27,065 nucleotides of DNA, from positions 1 to 27,065 of the IMG/VR virus record IMGVR_UViG_3300032232_000469. The stretch is one strand, 5' to 3'. This DNA is from a virus (taxonomy: Duplodnaviria; Caudoviricetes). A program made the position numbers and the translations under genes. This document shows, in pieces, positions 21,201 through 25,884 of this stretch (its first letter is position 1; each line of letters starts with the position of its first letter). The notes beneath the pieces are model-generated. The model was not told where the DNA came from and did no database searches. It was given only the letters and a program-made list of their open reading frames with translations.

Positions 21201-24200
21201 ACAATATGAGTTCTTTGGTGCAACAGGTTTAGATACAGGTCCTACAACTGGGTTTGTTGCTGTTGGTTCTGGGTTGGTTGCTAATGCAACCGGCAATTTA
21301 GTTGCAACAGGTATTGCAGCATATAGTGCTGACGGTGTTACTTGGACGGATTCTACGTTAATAACCGACAAAGCGTTGTACGGCGCAGCAGCAAGTAATA
21401 CCATTATTGTTGCAGTAGGAGAAGACGGAGCGATATTTAATTCTATTAACGGAGTTAACTGGGTTGGTGTACGCGAAACTCAAGCAATAAGTACTAATGC
21501 TGTTGAAGAGGTTTTAGTAGTACACTCAACTGATAATTTTACAGCAAATATAGCAGTAAGAATTAATAATAGTTTTAACGGTTTGGTATCAGGTACAACG
21601 TATTACGTAGCAAATGTTGTTAATACTACACAGTTGATATTAAGTCCTGATGCGACAGACACTATTGCTACTGCAATTGTTGGATCAGCAGTATATCAAA
21701 TTACTTCAATCGGGTCAACAGACTTTACTTTGATCGGAGCCGCATCAAACACTGTGGGTGTTATCTTTACAGCATCAAGTTCTGGATTGGGTACGGGTAC
21801 TGCAAGAAGAGTAGCCAACTTATCAGCTTCATCAGGCGCCCCCGACAGAACATTCCTGTATAGAATGCCAGTAATAGATACGCTGCGTGATGTATATTGG
21901 AACGGCTCAAGATTCATGGCTGTGGGTGATAACGGCGAAATCAGAACTTCTACTAACGGTAGTGTTTGGACAACTAGAACTTCTGGCACAACTGAAGACT
22001 TAACTGGTATTACATTTGCTAACTCAATTTGGACTGCTGTTGGTAAAAACAACACCGTACTACAATCAACTGATGCTGCTGGTATTACTTGGACTTCATC
22101 ATCGTCATTTGTTGTTACTCCACCTGCATATGATGTAAGAGGCGATGCGTTTACATCAGGTTACGGTCCAGAAGAATTAGTTCCTGGTATAATAACTGAC
22201 AGTCTAGCAATGATTGTAACTACTCGCCCTGGTACAACTTGGGAGGCTACTCAATATGCACACGTTGGGTATAATGTAGTATCAGTCGAGGTGCAAGCAA
22301 CAGCAGCAACGCAGAACGAATTCTCATTCAAAGATGCGGTTTCGATACCTGCACAACTATCATGCTTTATCATTAGTTCATCAACTGGTATAAGCACAAC
22401 AATTTATGTTGATATTGATTTTACAGTTGATTGGGTAAATGAAAAGATCATATTCGCAAGTGCAAACCCACTGAACTATGTTGATCCAAGTTCTCCCGGC
22501 GATACTTTAAGAATTGATGTATATGAAGCGGGCAATGGCAATCAATTAGAGAAATCAAATTCTAGTCATGATCCAATCAGAGTTAATACTACTACTGGAT
22601 TCAATGAGATTTATCTGAATTGCAACTATGCTGCTGCTATTTGGCAGGGTAGCGGAGTAATTCAACCTAACAGTTATCCAATTGAAGTAGAAGCATATGC
22701 TACCGATTCAGTTACCAATGAAATATTCTTAGCTTCAGTAGCAGCTATAACTGAAAATACCCCAATCACATTTACTGGCGGAGTATTCGGCAGTATACAA
22801 GAAGATGTAATATATTATGTTAAGGCAATATCTCAGGTTACTAATACTATTACAGTATCACTGTATTATAACTCACTAACTGGATTAGCGGGCGCGACAG
22901 CTTCCCTTACTACTGCAACAGGTTCAATGACTTGCGTTATTGCATACGGCAATGGCACAGTATATACCGATCCTGCAGTCTATCACAATGGTAACAAGTT
23001 GGTATTGGGTAAGACAAATAGTGTTACTAGAACAAAAGCGTCCAACAATGCAATTACTTGTAACAGTACAGGTGGATTGATTGTTAACACTCCTATAGTG
23101 TTCAGTGATACAATGATTGGTGGAGTTACTCCTCAAACTACTTACTATATCAGAAGCATTATAGATACCAATGAGTTTACTATTTCTGCAACATCAGGTG
23201 GCTCTATAGTAACACTAACCAATGCAGTAGGTAGTGCATCGTTTGTTACAAGTGATTATGCATTTGGATTAAGTCCTAATGGTATCACTGCTAAAATGAT
23301 ATTTGCAGCACAATACGATACTACTGTAGACTATATTTCTTATACGGTATTTGGTGAGACATTACCAGTTCAGTATGGCTTCACTTTACCACAGACACAA
23401 GTGTTTACGTATACTGCTAGTTCAACGTTCTCATTAGATAATTATGTACCTAATGATTGGCTAGATGCTGGTGTAGTAGAATTGAACGGAGTCAGATTGC
23501 TTTCAAGTAGCTATACAATGAATCCAGTAACTAACAGTATTGGTATTAGTGCTGCTTTAACACCAGGTGACATAATTGCAGTTACGCTATTTAATGATAC
23601 TCAAAGACAGTATTTTAACACTGTATTTGGTTTGACTGGCTCAACCGGGGCAGTAGCTGGATTAGTTGTAGGAAGCACAACGCACGATGAAATCTCTTAT
23701 GATGAAATAACAACTGCTGGTGCATTTACAATTGGTCAAGAATATGTAATTCAAAGTATCGGTACTACTGATTTCACTTTAATCGGAGCAGCATCTAATA
23801 CTGTAGGTTTAACATTTATTGCAACTGGAATAGGGGCAGGTGACGGAACAGCAGCAATTGGTTATAGCAGTGGCTTTTATGATTGGCTGACACTATCAAC
23901 TGGTACAACTGCTTCGATAGCAATCAACGATGCTTTGACCTTTACTTCACCCACTCTTGGTGGAATAGTAGCAGGTCAAACATATTATGTTGTTAACATT
24001 ATAGATTCTGCTAGTTTCCAAATATCAGAAATAATAGGTGGCAACCCATTTGAAGTATTTGACGATACTGGCGCTATGTCATTCGATATAACACCAATTC
24101 GTGTTAATAACATCATAGCAATAAGCAATACTATTTCAGCTCCGTTGACTACATACGCGACCAATACTACAACTGGAACTAATAGAGTTACGTTATCTAC

Positions 24201-25869
24201 TACTAGCGGCATGAATGTTAATGATACTATTATATTTAAAGGAACGGCATTTGGTGGGATTCAAACAGACGGTACGGTATACTTTATCGACACTATTGTA
24301 AGTGGAACTCAGATTACGATTAAAGACGAGAATAATGTTGTTATCCCCTTATCGACTGCTTCAGGTTCTATGTTAGCAGTAGTAGGTGGACAGCCTGCGA
24401 TTCGTGTTACGACAGGAATAGCCCACAACTTTAGTGAGAATGATTTAATCATCATTGATGGAACATTAGGGTCTATTCAATTGAATAACAATGAGTACTA
24501 CGCTAAGATTATTGACAGCACTACATTTGATCTTTATGAGCAGCCATATGATCCTGCATTGTTTGCTCCAAATTATCCAGTTACATCCTGCTCAACATAT
24601 ATTAGCGGCGGATTTACTTGGTTAGCTGGCTTGTTTGTACTTAGGACAACTTATGCTACTGTAACCAGTTCAGTTAATAATGGAATAACTGTTGTTGACG
24701 CAAGCAAGTTGATAGTGGGTACCCCTGTGTACTTTACTGAGCCAGGAGTAGCATTAGGCACTTCTATATTGGGCGGGTTGATTGCTGGACAGAAATACTA
24801 CATTAAAGCTTTCACCGGGTTATCCGAAATAACAGTATCTGATACTTGGAACGGTGATGTAGTAGCAGTTACTACAGATTCAGGTAGTGTATATGTAACG
24901 CAGTGGGAACAAGATAATGTAGATCGTTTATGGGTAACAATAAACGGTTATCGTGTACCTTCTTCAAAACTGAGACTAAGACCTGCAAACGAGATTGGTA
25001 TATTAACTACGATTGGTACAGGGGATGTAGTAATTGTTACCAGCATGATGCCATCAGCTACACCTAATGAACAGGTTTATATTAACTATGTTAATCAGAC
25101 GAATGAGGGTACAGTATATAGAGCCAATGCTAATACTAGAACTTGGCTAACACAACCGTTATACCATTTAGACACAGTAATTCATGTTGGTGATGTGACT
25201 AGATTGACTAACTTTGTTTATCAAACGTCAACAACTCCTGTAGCAGTAGATGATGTTTATACTGTAGGTATTAATGCTAACAGAACAGAAATACAGTCTA
25301 TTACGATACTTAATACATCACAGACTGTTTATCCTGACGCATTAGTTATCGGCAACAACTATAAGATAACAACAGTGGGAAGTACTGATTTTACATTAGT
25401 GGGAGCGAGTTCAAATGAAGTTGGTGTAGTTTTCACTGCTACGGGTGCAGGTACTGGTACAGGTGCTACTAACCCTTACATAAGCAATACTAATTTCACA
25501 CAGGGAATAGTCAATGTTGCCCCGGTTGTGTTTATAACTTCAGGTACTTGGATAACTACTGGTGATATCCTTGAAATTACTACGACAGTAGGCAAAGATA
25601 TCTTACTGAATGGTGAATTGATTACCATATATGCAGTAGACACGATAAACAACACGATTACTAGTTTTGTAAGAGGGGCGGATGGCACCGGAATTCAACC
25701 ATTGATACCTATGTACACAGAAGTGTTTAGTATTATCAGTGATAACAGGATGAGCAACGAATTATATTCACAGACTTGGAATTCATATGTGTTTAATCCT
25801 GAAGCAGGGGATCCATTGCAAATTAGTGAGACCGCAGGAGCTGTTTTCTTAAATGTGGACATTACGTAA
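6238..25869 (+). CDS. Giant multidomain virion structural protein (6543 aa), probable gp7-like baseplate wedge scaffold carrying adhesin-like domains
   Basis: Uninterrupted 19.6-kb ORF coupled to the gp6-like gene by an ATGA overlap (6238-6241), in the position gp7 occupies in T4-like phages. It has gp7/P2 gpI-like segments (LIGY...YKNMIKSKGT near 12020-12117; LNEVKPYH near 17150-17172), two beta-propellers and many beta-rich Thr/Val/Ser/Gly repeats. The CDS itself is secure; the gp7 assignment is inference. Confidence 0.8.
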   Translation: MRIRTLNFLPEIFQTPTNRQFLAATLDQLVNPPVTQKIQGYIGSRFGRGVNANDYYVPEPTKTRTDYQLDPGVVFTKYNESVAKDFISYPGIIDALKEQGGVTENNSRLFNSEFYSWDSFTSLDKLINFNEYYWIPTGLPAVVVGNDTVFSQEDYTVLDQTNTYGISPTDQPATTYNPPLTLLRGGTYTFAVDQSTQFWIQGEPGTSGYSAINPNQYVRNILGVTNNGATTGTVTFTVPYKDAQNEYLFPGNNTVTLATNLTFAQVNGVQLSTLGDIDGVTALENLTLMFYNGTTQTDFYTITYTGAPTNPTIALVAASGIPVNEKITVTVGNTYGGLTFYRDSLGNIAEVPYLSSTLNTLYYQDGTTSTKVGVIRLIESNYNDELDVDTDIIGQPTYTSLNGVQFTNGLKVTFQGDVFPTSYLNSEYYVEGVGTAIELIPVSDLDCPEDFTTSILQPFDSIPYDTSNYDASLYVPTEKDYITIARNAINRNAWSRSNRWFHIAVINATATYNNAPAIATTYATQENKANRPIIEFYPNLKMFNSGTEGKGFVDFLDTRATDAFNQVNGQITYFPDVQVYTGYSATMTGVTAGTSTTITVLKSAVTGTFTVNQYINDSDNILPFDAIITAISETTTTLTLTVEWAAAITFATTYNLSFIADDISNANYQVFDGATIIFANDTSVNNKIYVINFSTFTALGQPVITLTEIPNGEVLIADQVVITRGYNAAGKTYYYDGSYVEAQQKITVNQPPLFDVLDSNGVSFGDQTVYPSSSFNGSKLFAYGIGAGVDDIVLGFPLRYSSVNNIGDISFDVSLNKDTFTYVSNSTPFTLAVNTGYVYNYSTRVAYTRELGWKTAIGESVQYQIFEFEYDALVPALSYTCDVAALDSTESPWPTVFVYVNNEIVNKDSYTVTKTATSTTITYSLDSPVDTVVQVLLLSDQVSKTAYYGIPINLNNNPFNSNITEANTGDIRGQYQSIFYNNPNSSGKVFGSNNYRDLGVVVPYGTSIIQNSASLVLPGVFLRKKNNYLFEALMFNSREYIKYKSLLVSTVDSIAFEQTFNPSAILDTAIAQIASVKSQEQPFFWSDMVPAKAPVIANSYTFNNFLEQAIFPLTRTYDFETANYYAVLVYVTRTSVITGITTTKLLLKNTEYTVSTTSPSLTVTYDLQLGDIVTIKEYTQSYGSYVPNTPTKLGLYPATIPEVVLDIDFITPTWFIKGHDGSYNKLYGDYDPLTGILVDFRDQALFEFECRIYNNLKLSNTIPIQEYEVLPGFFRTTDYTYDEFLRIYSPTFLNWIGENRIDYKTQLYNTNNEFTYNYSNTSSKIDPQVITIGGWRGIYEYFYDTSTPNLTPWEILGYTGKPTWWDARYGAAPYTSDNLVLWGDLEQGIDWNDGNPVILPQAIRSGLTSVIPVGQQGEILSPLRAVVGNYNPNIFQRDWKVGDVGPAEFSYRRSSSYPFDLMRILALTKTAKFFNLGADLDNYKYNVEFGQYLVNDRSHLVLSDIQIYGSGTAKTSYINWIVDYEKQSGVDATQSITDTLDNLDVRLVYRVAGYSDKAMLQFYVEKSSANDVDSSLLIPDESYSVLLYDNQPYDRIVYSPVIVQSTSSGFAVFGNSQDTAYFRTATPKYNGNYSNITVDTLTVKITDDYDLTEVIVPYGTTFFSLQEVAQFLMSYGKLLESKGMLFTDIENAIEINWNTMIQEFLYWAQLGWEVGSVITLNPSAISLVIDKEDQIVQPLTILDSNFVLNQNLYPIKSSDLSVIRDETYFSVKPLNKLDTVAYGQFNMSNFEHGIVFDNTTVFDDVIYNLITGLRQNRIFVRGTKSAEWNGTITASGFIYNQDNIVEWDRQFKYTKGSIVKYKNRYWTALTIVQPSNIFNEREWRVTDYNEIQKGLLPNSSTRSYESALYYNINQANLENDADLLSFSLIGYRPRDYLAIADLTDITQINVYKNMIKSKGTKNAVDTFKGATLPQGGIKYDVYENWAIKSSEFGGVLNNNFIEFKLNQNVLTGNPQIVGLTNGVSTNGVQQEVPIYSLFNYNRPIASPDVLPILTSVPTPLYPDAGYVNFNDVKMSSFFYSQATSAVNINNIVVPIQNFYVRDYYWVANYRGQWEVLTPAAIGQVISVVSNLNGTSTVTFSQDHELTRYQSFAIVNFDASVNGYYTADTIINTRQVLITLQVNTNNRSITGYGIGYRFNSQRVATPADIINLPLLNAEFVKNTVWVDENIDGDWAVYRKSLNYQQQAQFNNPGSSAFGSAVAYDSSIGYVVTDPNVGELYRYAYNPLYAQYLLEQTISAGVSYGTAVVHKANILVVSEPTGNRRVHIYVQNDTTLTQDLTVYQTSISAPVSAIEWGSNLALSGDTNWLYISDSAGQKVYAYRRQNFAVSSGYFVVGETYTITSVGTTDFTLIGAIQNKAGITFIATGTGSIDDTGTAIQVTYKYSTVIDGTLSGQLFGDALATDYYGDTVLASAPEYDYAVTASNSGIAYAYTRTVQNIEVQSTSEVYNPTTQIYKTQKFNLAWTPTPTTTVTASATVGSTGVVNCSIDMSVFNVNDTIIFTAVSDPNTDFGDSGISPYVTYYIASIGTNFIQLKRNRSSSTTVVLQNSVVNLNVYVQADPVYVMVNGTVVDQNQFAVIGNVLNYTGNLNAGDIVNVSGNQFTLLQTLVSPNTPRTGVQFGKGLDVNTSASEILVGAPFELSGDNQEGAVYRWTNAGGKFGIVTGTSEVEVTATRNLLINGYLVVLDPSAYGGTMNASQVAEQINLQNITNIVASATNNILTIQVVNTSIAQINEKVLLSVVDSATVSELGLEIYSQTQTILCPHVYGTTQFGRTIKFNEYDSFVVGAPTGTRFTATTFDFTDDENLDNDTVFDNNATQFVDSYPSAGAVYMYDYLGTYNESLTNLGNFVYAQTVNDSDQVYGTRPMYGYALDFSDWTVIAGAPDYRIDTTTGCQVNLGDAGQVTTFYNSVGQKDWSVYRSSSLVVDINRIQNIQIYSAETNNTLENLDYIDPLQGKILGAVRQNINVVSNIDPAGYNTGTNVNGKLVWGADHVGSIWFDTTSIRFVNYHQNDVTYNSRYWGAIFPGSDVAIYSWIASTVPPASYQGPGTPYDITSYTVQAGINSANTVVPTYYFWVRNTGIVFTKAGKTLADTIIASYISNPRNSGIAYMAPLLPNVFALYNTQQYVNAKDSVLHIGYETGNNNDVVHNEYTLIRENYADDFLPGVPDLLTTDHLTAIHGTATYSSAPPKGLYDRFLDSLSGVDETGAVVPNPLLPKAVQSGVLARPRQSFFFNRLVGLKNYLQYANEVLSQFPISELRPGASFLFAQNPITYNRVLNASDMVAGVQYEIVSIGTTNYTQVGAGSNTVGEVFTATGPATGSGTVNVIVGYAPYSAGSFVVGTRYSIETVGTTDFTSIGASSNTVGVMFTATGAGSGTGTANQVLFDVGEEYDASNYWDYVTWWADGYNDNTKPAIQVPIYASLSTLNVPNGTIVAVVSNGDGKTEFYRYESDANTWTRIGLQAGTIQFKSSLWDYATAKYGWGENYYDTTPYDLYPSEETRYIVRALNEQIYTDELLLFRNKSLILMFEYIQSETIESQNLLPWLNKTSLVDVTHTIRELLPYEVFQSDNQVFLSGYLNEVKPYHVLIKEFLFKYTGIETFEGNITDFDLPAQFDNSVNQFITPQLVYASPVGDNQFLPDSIIWSNKEYTQWYQNYGLSFTGVNDYAVSRLVSYMDLATNSIAVENVWGFPINGTITIGTEQIVYNDVDRDLGILYNLQRAVNDTQISDHLPGETIYMNLPAVILLDSGRGYLNPPRVTAYIDTSIYPVPTVEAVLQPVMYLDQVLSINVINPGQGYAVQPEIIIDAAQSVVFTSTDVDTRSNTIRLFAESLQTGDLVRYELGTGTAIGGLVDGQWYYVAILETLPVLVIALYNNYSNAVNDHDRVEIYSQGTGNHTMNLGARAVAVMQSTPIRENITTLRFDRTTYTSQVTDWSANTLYAAPFIGDYYTSQTLSASAIKMYSQLPEITSVEASGHGCVVQITDVQNQEETYWSTFVRYLDRTYLTVDGNNFVIRLYVPGGSLTNASGSTVGFTVGMPIKFETVIDLDTLANIQPNTVYYVAQVINETDFTITDANGNIVQVFEYNFVNTDVEIFTAQVVDTAILTVNYPGIRTATAISSSSAIEKSFGTIVIPITEVGTGGTGGLYTNVPIYFIGNVFGGLIENQIYYVTSVIDTENFTVSETQDPVTIEVYDTTAVTNVVTIEDSSQLAVSTPIVFANGTAFGGLQLQQVYYVTQILNISEIKISETVNGTDLVLSTDSGTLDLISQANTVQLTAATGSMSVNIGLPVSPGQVSGQEFTLYQTSNNYPNITSYTIDNVITANATATLATVNRVILDDITNMYVNMPLQVDTAVGGLVPATLYYVVDLDQVSVAVTDTQATGNLIVCDSTDSLYVNMPITFDGTGISNIVSTNQYYVESISGSTQFAISETVGGPQVLLSDASGDMTGFGLYYITVSLTAPGGTTETLVNQITDFGITQYPSVQPEFSISWILGGYRAILVNPGEGFAVDNIITISGALVGGTTPTNDVTMYVDTIGTMGEIEKVILTGTIPSVSTDYYLKAISATQLAVYSDPLMTLPVSGNGFSYVGFTSTNVTQVNTANVVVSDSSLFSVNDSVVFTGTMNGDLVDGETYFITSVDLVLQTIELSELPGGAIFTINGTGNVSGITMSKAGSYAFLPEPFYFDQSIVKYNNKVYGCVVSNGDPDFVYGKWELLKSSDRRLNALDRIVGYYQPTDNMPGLDLSQLVANIVYPNSTYYGNQFDPAAQWPLDTVLIDEPFYPTNVNLVSVTHDGNVYLAPANLPDYTAIAKDDAGTQWDLYKLADVPLAITDILYAGNKYLMTSTNSPTAIFKSVNGIAWSTVGYYTANAALPWIADATGMQKLSSAGLSLDTAAYASNVWIAAGDGVIVSSDDTYIWRETYTGNATLQYEFFGATGLDTGPTTGFVAVGSGLVANATGNLVATGIAAYSADGVTWTDSTLITDKALYGAAASNTIIVAVGEDGAIFNSINGVNWVGVRETQAISTNAVEEVLVVHSTDNFTANIAVRINNSFNGLVSGTTYYVANVVNTTQLILSPDATDTIATAIVGSAVYQITSIGSTDFTLIGAASNTVGVIFTASSSGLGTGTARRVANLSASSGAPDRTFLYRMPVIDTLRDVYWNGSRFMAVGDNGEIRTSTNGSVWTTRTSGTTEDLTGITFANSIWTAVGKNNTVLQSTDAAGITWTSSSSFVVTPPAYDVRGDAFTSGYGPEELVPGIITDSLAMIVTTRPGTTWEATQYAHVGYNVVSVEVQATAATQNEFSFKDAVSIPAQLSCFIISSSTGISTTIYVDIDFTVDWVNEKIIFASANPLNYVDPSSPGDTLRIDVYEAGNGNQLEKSNSSHDPIRVNTTTGFNEIYLNCNYAAAIWQGSGVIQPNSYPIEVEAYATDSVTNEIFLASVAAITENTPITFTGGVFGSIQEDVIYYVKAISQVTNTITVSLYYNSLTGLAGATASLTTATGSMTCVIAYGNGTVYTDPAVYHNGNKLVLGKTNSVTRTKASNNAITCNSTGGLIVNTPIVFSDTMIGGVTPQTTYYIRSIIDTNEFTISATSGGSIVTLTNAVGSASFVTSDYAFGLSPNGITAKMIFAAQYDTTVDYISYTVFGETLPVQYGFTLPQTQVFTYTASSTFSLDNYVPNDWLDAGVVELNGVRLLSSSYTMNPVTNSIGISAALTPGDIIAVTLFNDTQRQYFNTVFGLTGSTGAVAGLVVGSTTHDEISYDEITTAGAFTIGQEYVIQSIGTTDFTLIGAASNTVGLTFIATGIGAGDGTAAIGYSSGFYDWLTLSTGTTASIAINDALTFTSPTLGGIVAGQTYYVVNIIDSASFQISEIIGGNPFEVFDDTGAMSFDITPIRVNNIIAISNTISAPLTTYATNTTTGTNRVTLSTTSGMNVNDTIIFKGTAFGGIQTDGTVYFIDTIVSGTQITIKDENNVVIPLSTASGSMLAVVGGQPAIRVTTGIAHNFSENDLIIIDGTLGSIQLNNNEYYAKIIDSTTFDLYEQPYDPALFAPNYPVTSCSTYISGGFTWLAGLFVLRTTYATVTSSVNNGITVVDASKLIVGTPVYFTEPGVALGTSILGGLIAGQKYYIKAFTGLSEITVSDTWNGDVVAVTTDSGSVYVTQWEQDNVDRLWVTINGYRVPSSKLRLRPANEIGILTTIGTGDVVIVTSMMPSATPNEQVYINYVNQTNEGTVYRANANTRTWLTQPLYHLDTVIHVGDVTRLTNFVYQTSTTPVAVDDVYTVGINANRTEIQSITILNTSQTVYPDALVIGNNYKITTVGSTDFTLVGASSNEVGVVFTATGAGTGTGATNPYISNTNFTQGIVNVAPVVFITSGTWITTGDILEITTTVGKDILLNGELITIYAVDTINNTITSFVRGADGTGIQPLIPMYTEVFSIISDNRMSNELYSQTWNSYVFNPEAGDPLQISETAGAVFLNVDIT
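13003..15150 (+). repeat. Seven FG-GAP-like (integrin-alpha type) beta-propeller blades within the giant protein
   Basis: Blades at 13003 FGSAVA..VVTDP, 13141 YGTAVV..LVVSEP, 13297 WGSNLALSGD..LYISDS, 13603 FGDALA..VLASAP, 14272 FGKGLDV..ILVGAP, 14728 FGRTIKF..FVVGAP, 15016 YGYALDF..VIAGAP. Most are followed by a G.VY.Y/F-like strand. Confidence 0.8.
13402..13545 (+). repeat. 46-aa 'GTTDFT' module, copy 1 (48 aa here)
   Basis: SGYFVVGETYTITSVGTTDFTLIGAIQNKAGITFIATGTGSIDDTGTA. Confidence 0.85.
16252..16389 (+). repeat. 46-aa 'GTTDFT' module, copy 2
   Basis: ASDMVAGVQYEIVSIGTTNYTQVGAGSNTVGEVFTATGPATGSGTV. Confidence 0.85.
16420..16557 (+). repeat. 46-aa 'GTTDFT' module, copy 3
   Basis: AGSFVVGTRYSIETVGTTDFTSIGASSNTVGVMFTATGAGSGTGTA. 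Confidence 0.9.
20776..22092 (+). repeat. Seven Asp-box (BNR / Ycf48-like) beta-propeller blades within the giant protein
   Basis: Repeated L..V.Y.G..(F/W).AVG..G.I..S.DG..W pattern: KSVNGIAW, SSDDTYIW, YSADGVTW, NSINGVNW, TSTNGSVW, QSTDAAGITW, plus a first blade ending KDDAGTQW. Confidence 0.8.
21667..21804 (+). repeat. 46-aa 'GTTDFT' module, copy 4
   Basis: ATAIVGSAVYQITSIGSTDFTLIGAASNTVGVIFTASSSGLGTGTA. Confidence 0.9.
23716..23853 (+). repeat. 46-aa 'GTTDFT' module, copy 5
   Basis: AGAFTIGQEYVIQSIGTTDFTLIGAASNTVGLTFIATGIGAGDGTA. Confidence 0.9.
25333..25470 (+). repeat. 46-aa 'GTTDFT' module, copy 6
   Basis: PDALVIGNNYKITTVGSTDFTLVGASSNEVGVVFTATGAGTGTGAT. Confidence 0.9.
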
Positions 25870-25871
25870 AT

Positions 25872-25879
25872 GATAAATA
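25872..25879 (+). promoter_or_regulatory. Putative late promoter GATAAATA
   Basis: Exact octamer starting 3 nt after the giant gene's stop and ending 5 nt before ATG 25885. Confidence 0.7.
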
Positions 25880-25884
25880 AATCT

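Larger units (their letters stand above)
17854..24900 (+). repeat. Region holding about 14 dispersed ~80-aa beta-rich 'GGL...YYV' repeats (phage FCCH-like small beta domains); one more copy lies near 13825-14088
   Basis: Consensus T...N.I....T..L.V..PI.F.G..FGG(L/I)....YY(V/I)..I...T.F.IS.T.GG....L....G.M. Approximate starts: 17854, 18409, 18760, 18976, 19378, 19531, 20188, 21472, 22678, 23017, 23650, 24112, 24142, 24646. Boundaries are by eye. Confidence 0.75.

Noticed and set aside
13402-25470. Idea that the GTTDFT modules are DNA-level mobile elements, inteins, CRISPR repeats or DGR repeats
   Set aside because: I saw no terminal inverted repeats, target duplications, intein Cys/His-Asn ends or regular spacing. 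The differences between copies are mostly synonymous and not adenine-specific.
864-25688. About two dozen short minus-strand ORFs (60-173 aa) in the ORF track, and the alternative-frame + ORFs at 11768 and 26840
   Set aside because: All lie inside long + strand genes with clear family motifs. They read as antisense or alternate-frame shadows with no recognisable motifs or expression signals.
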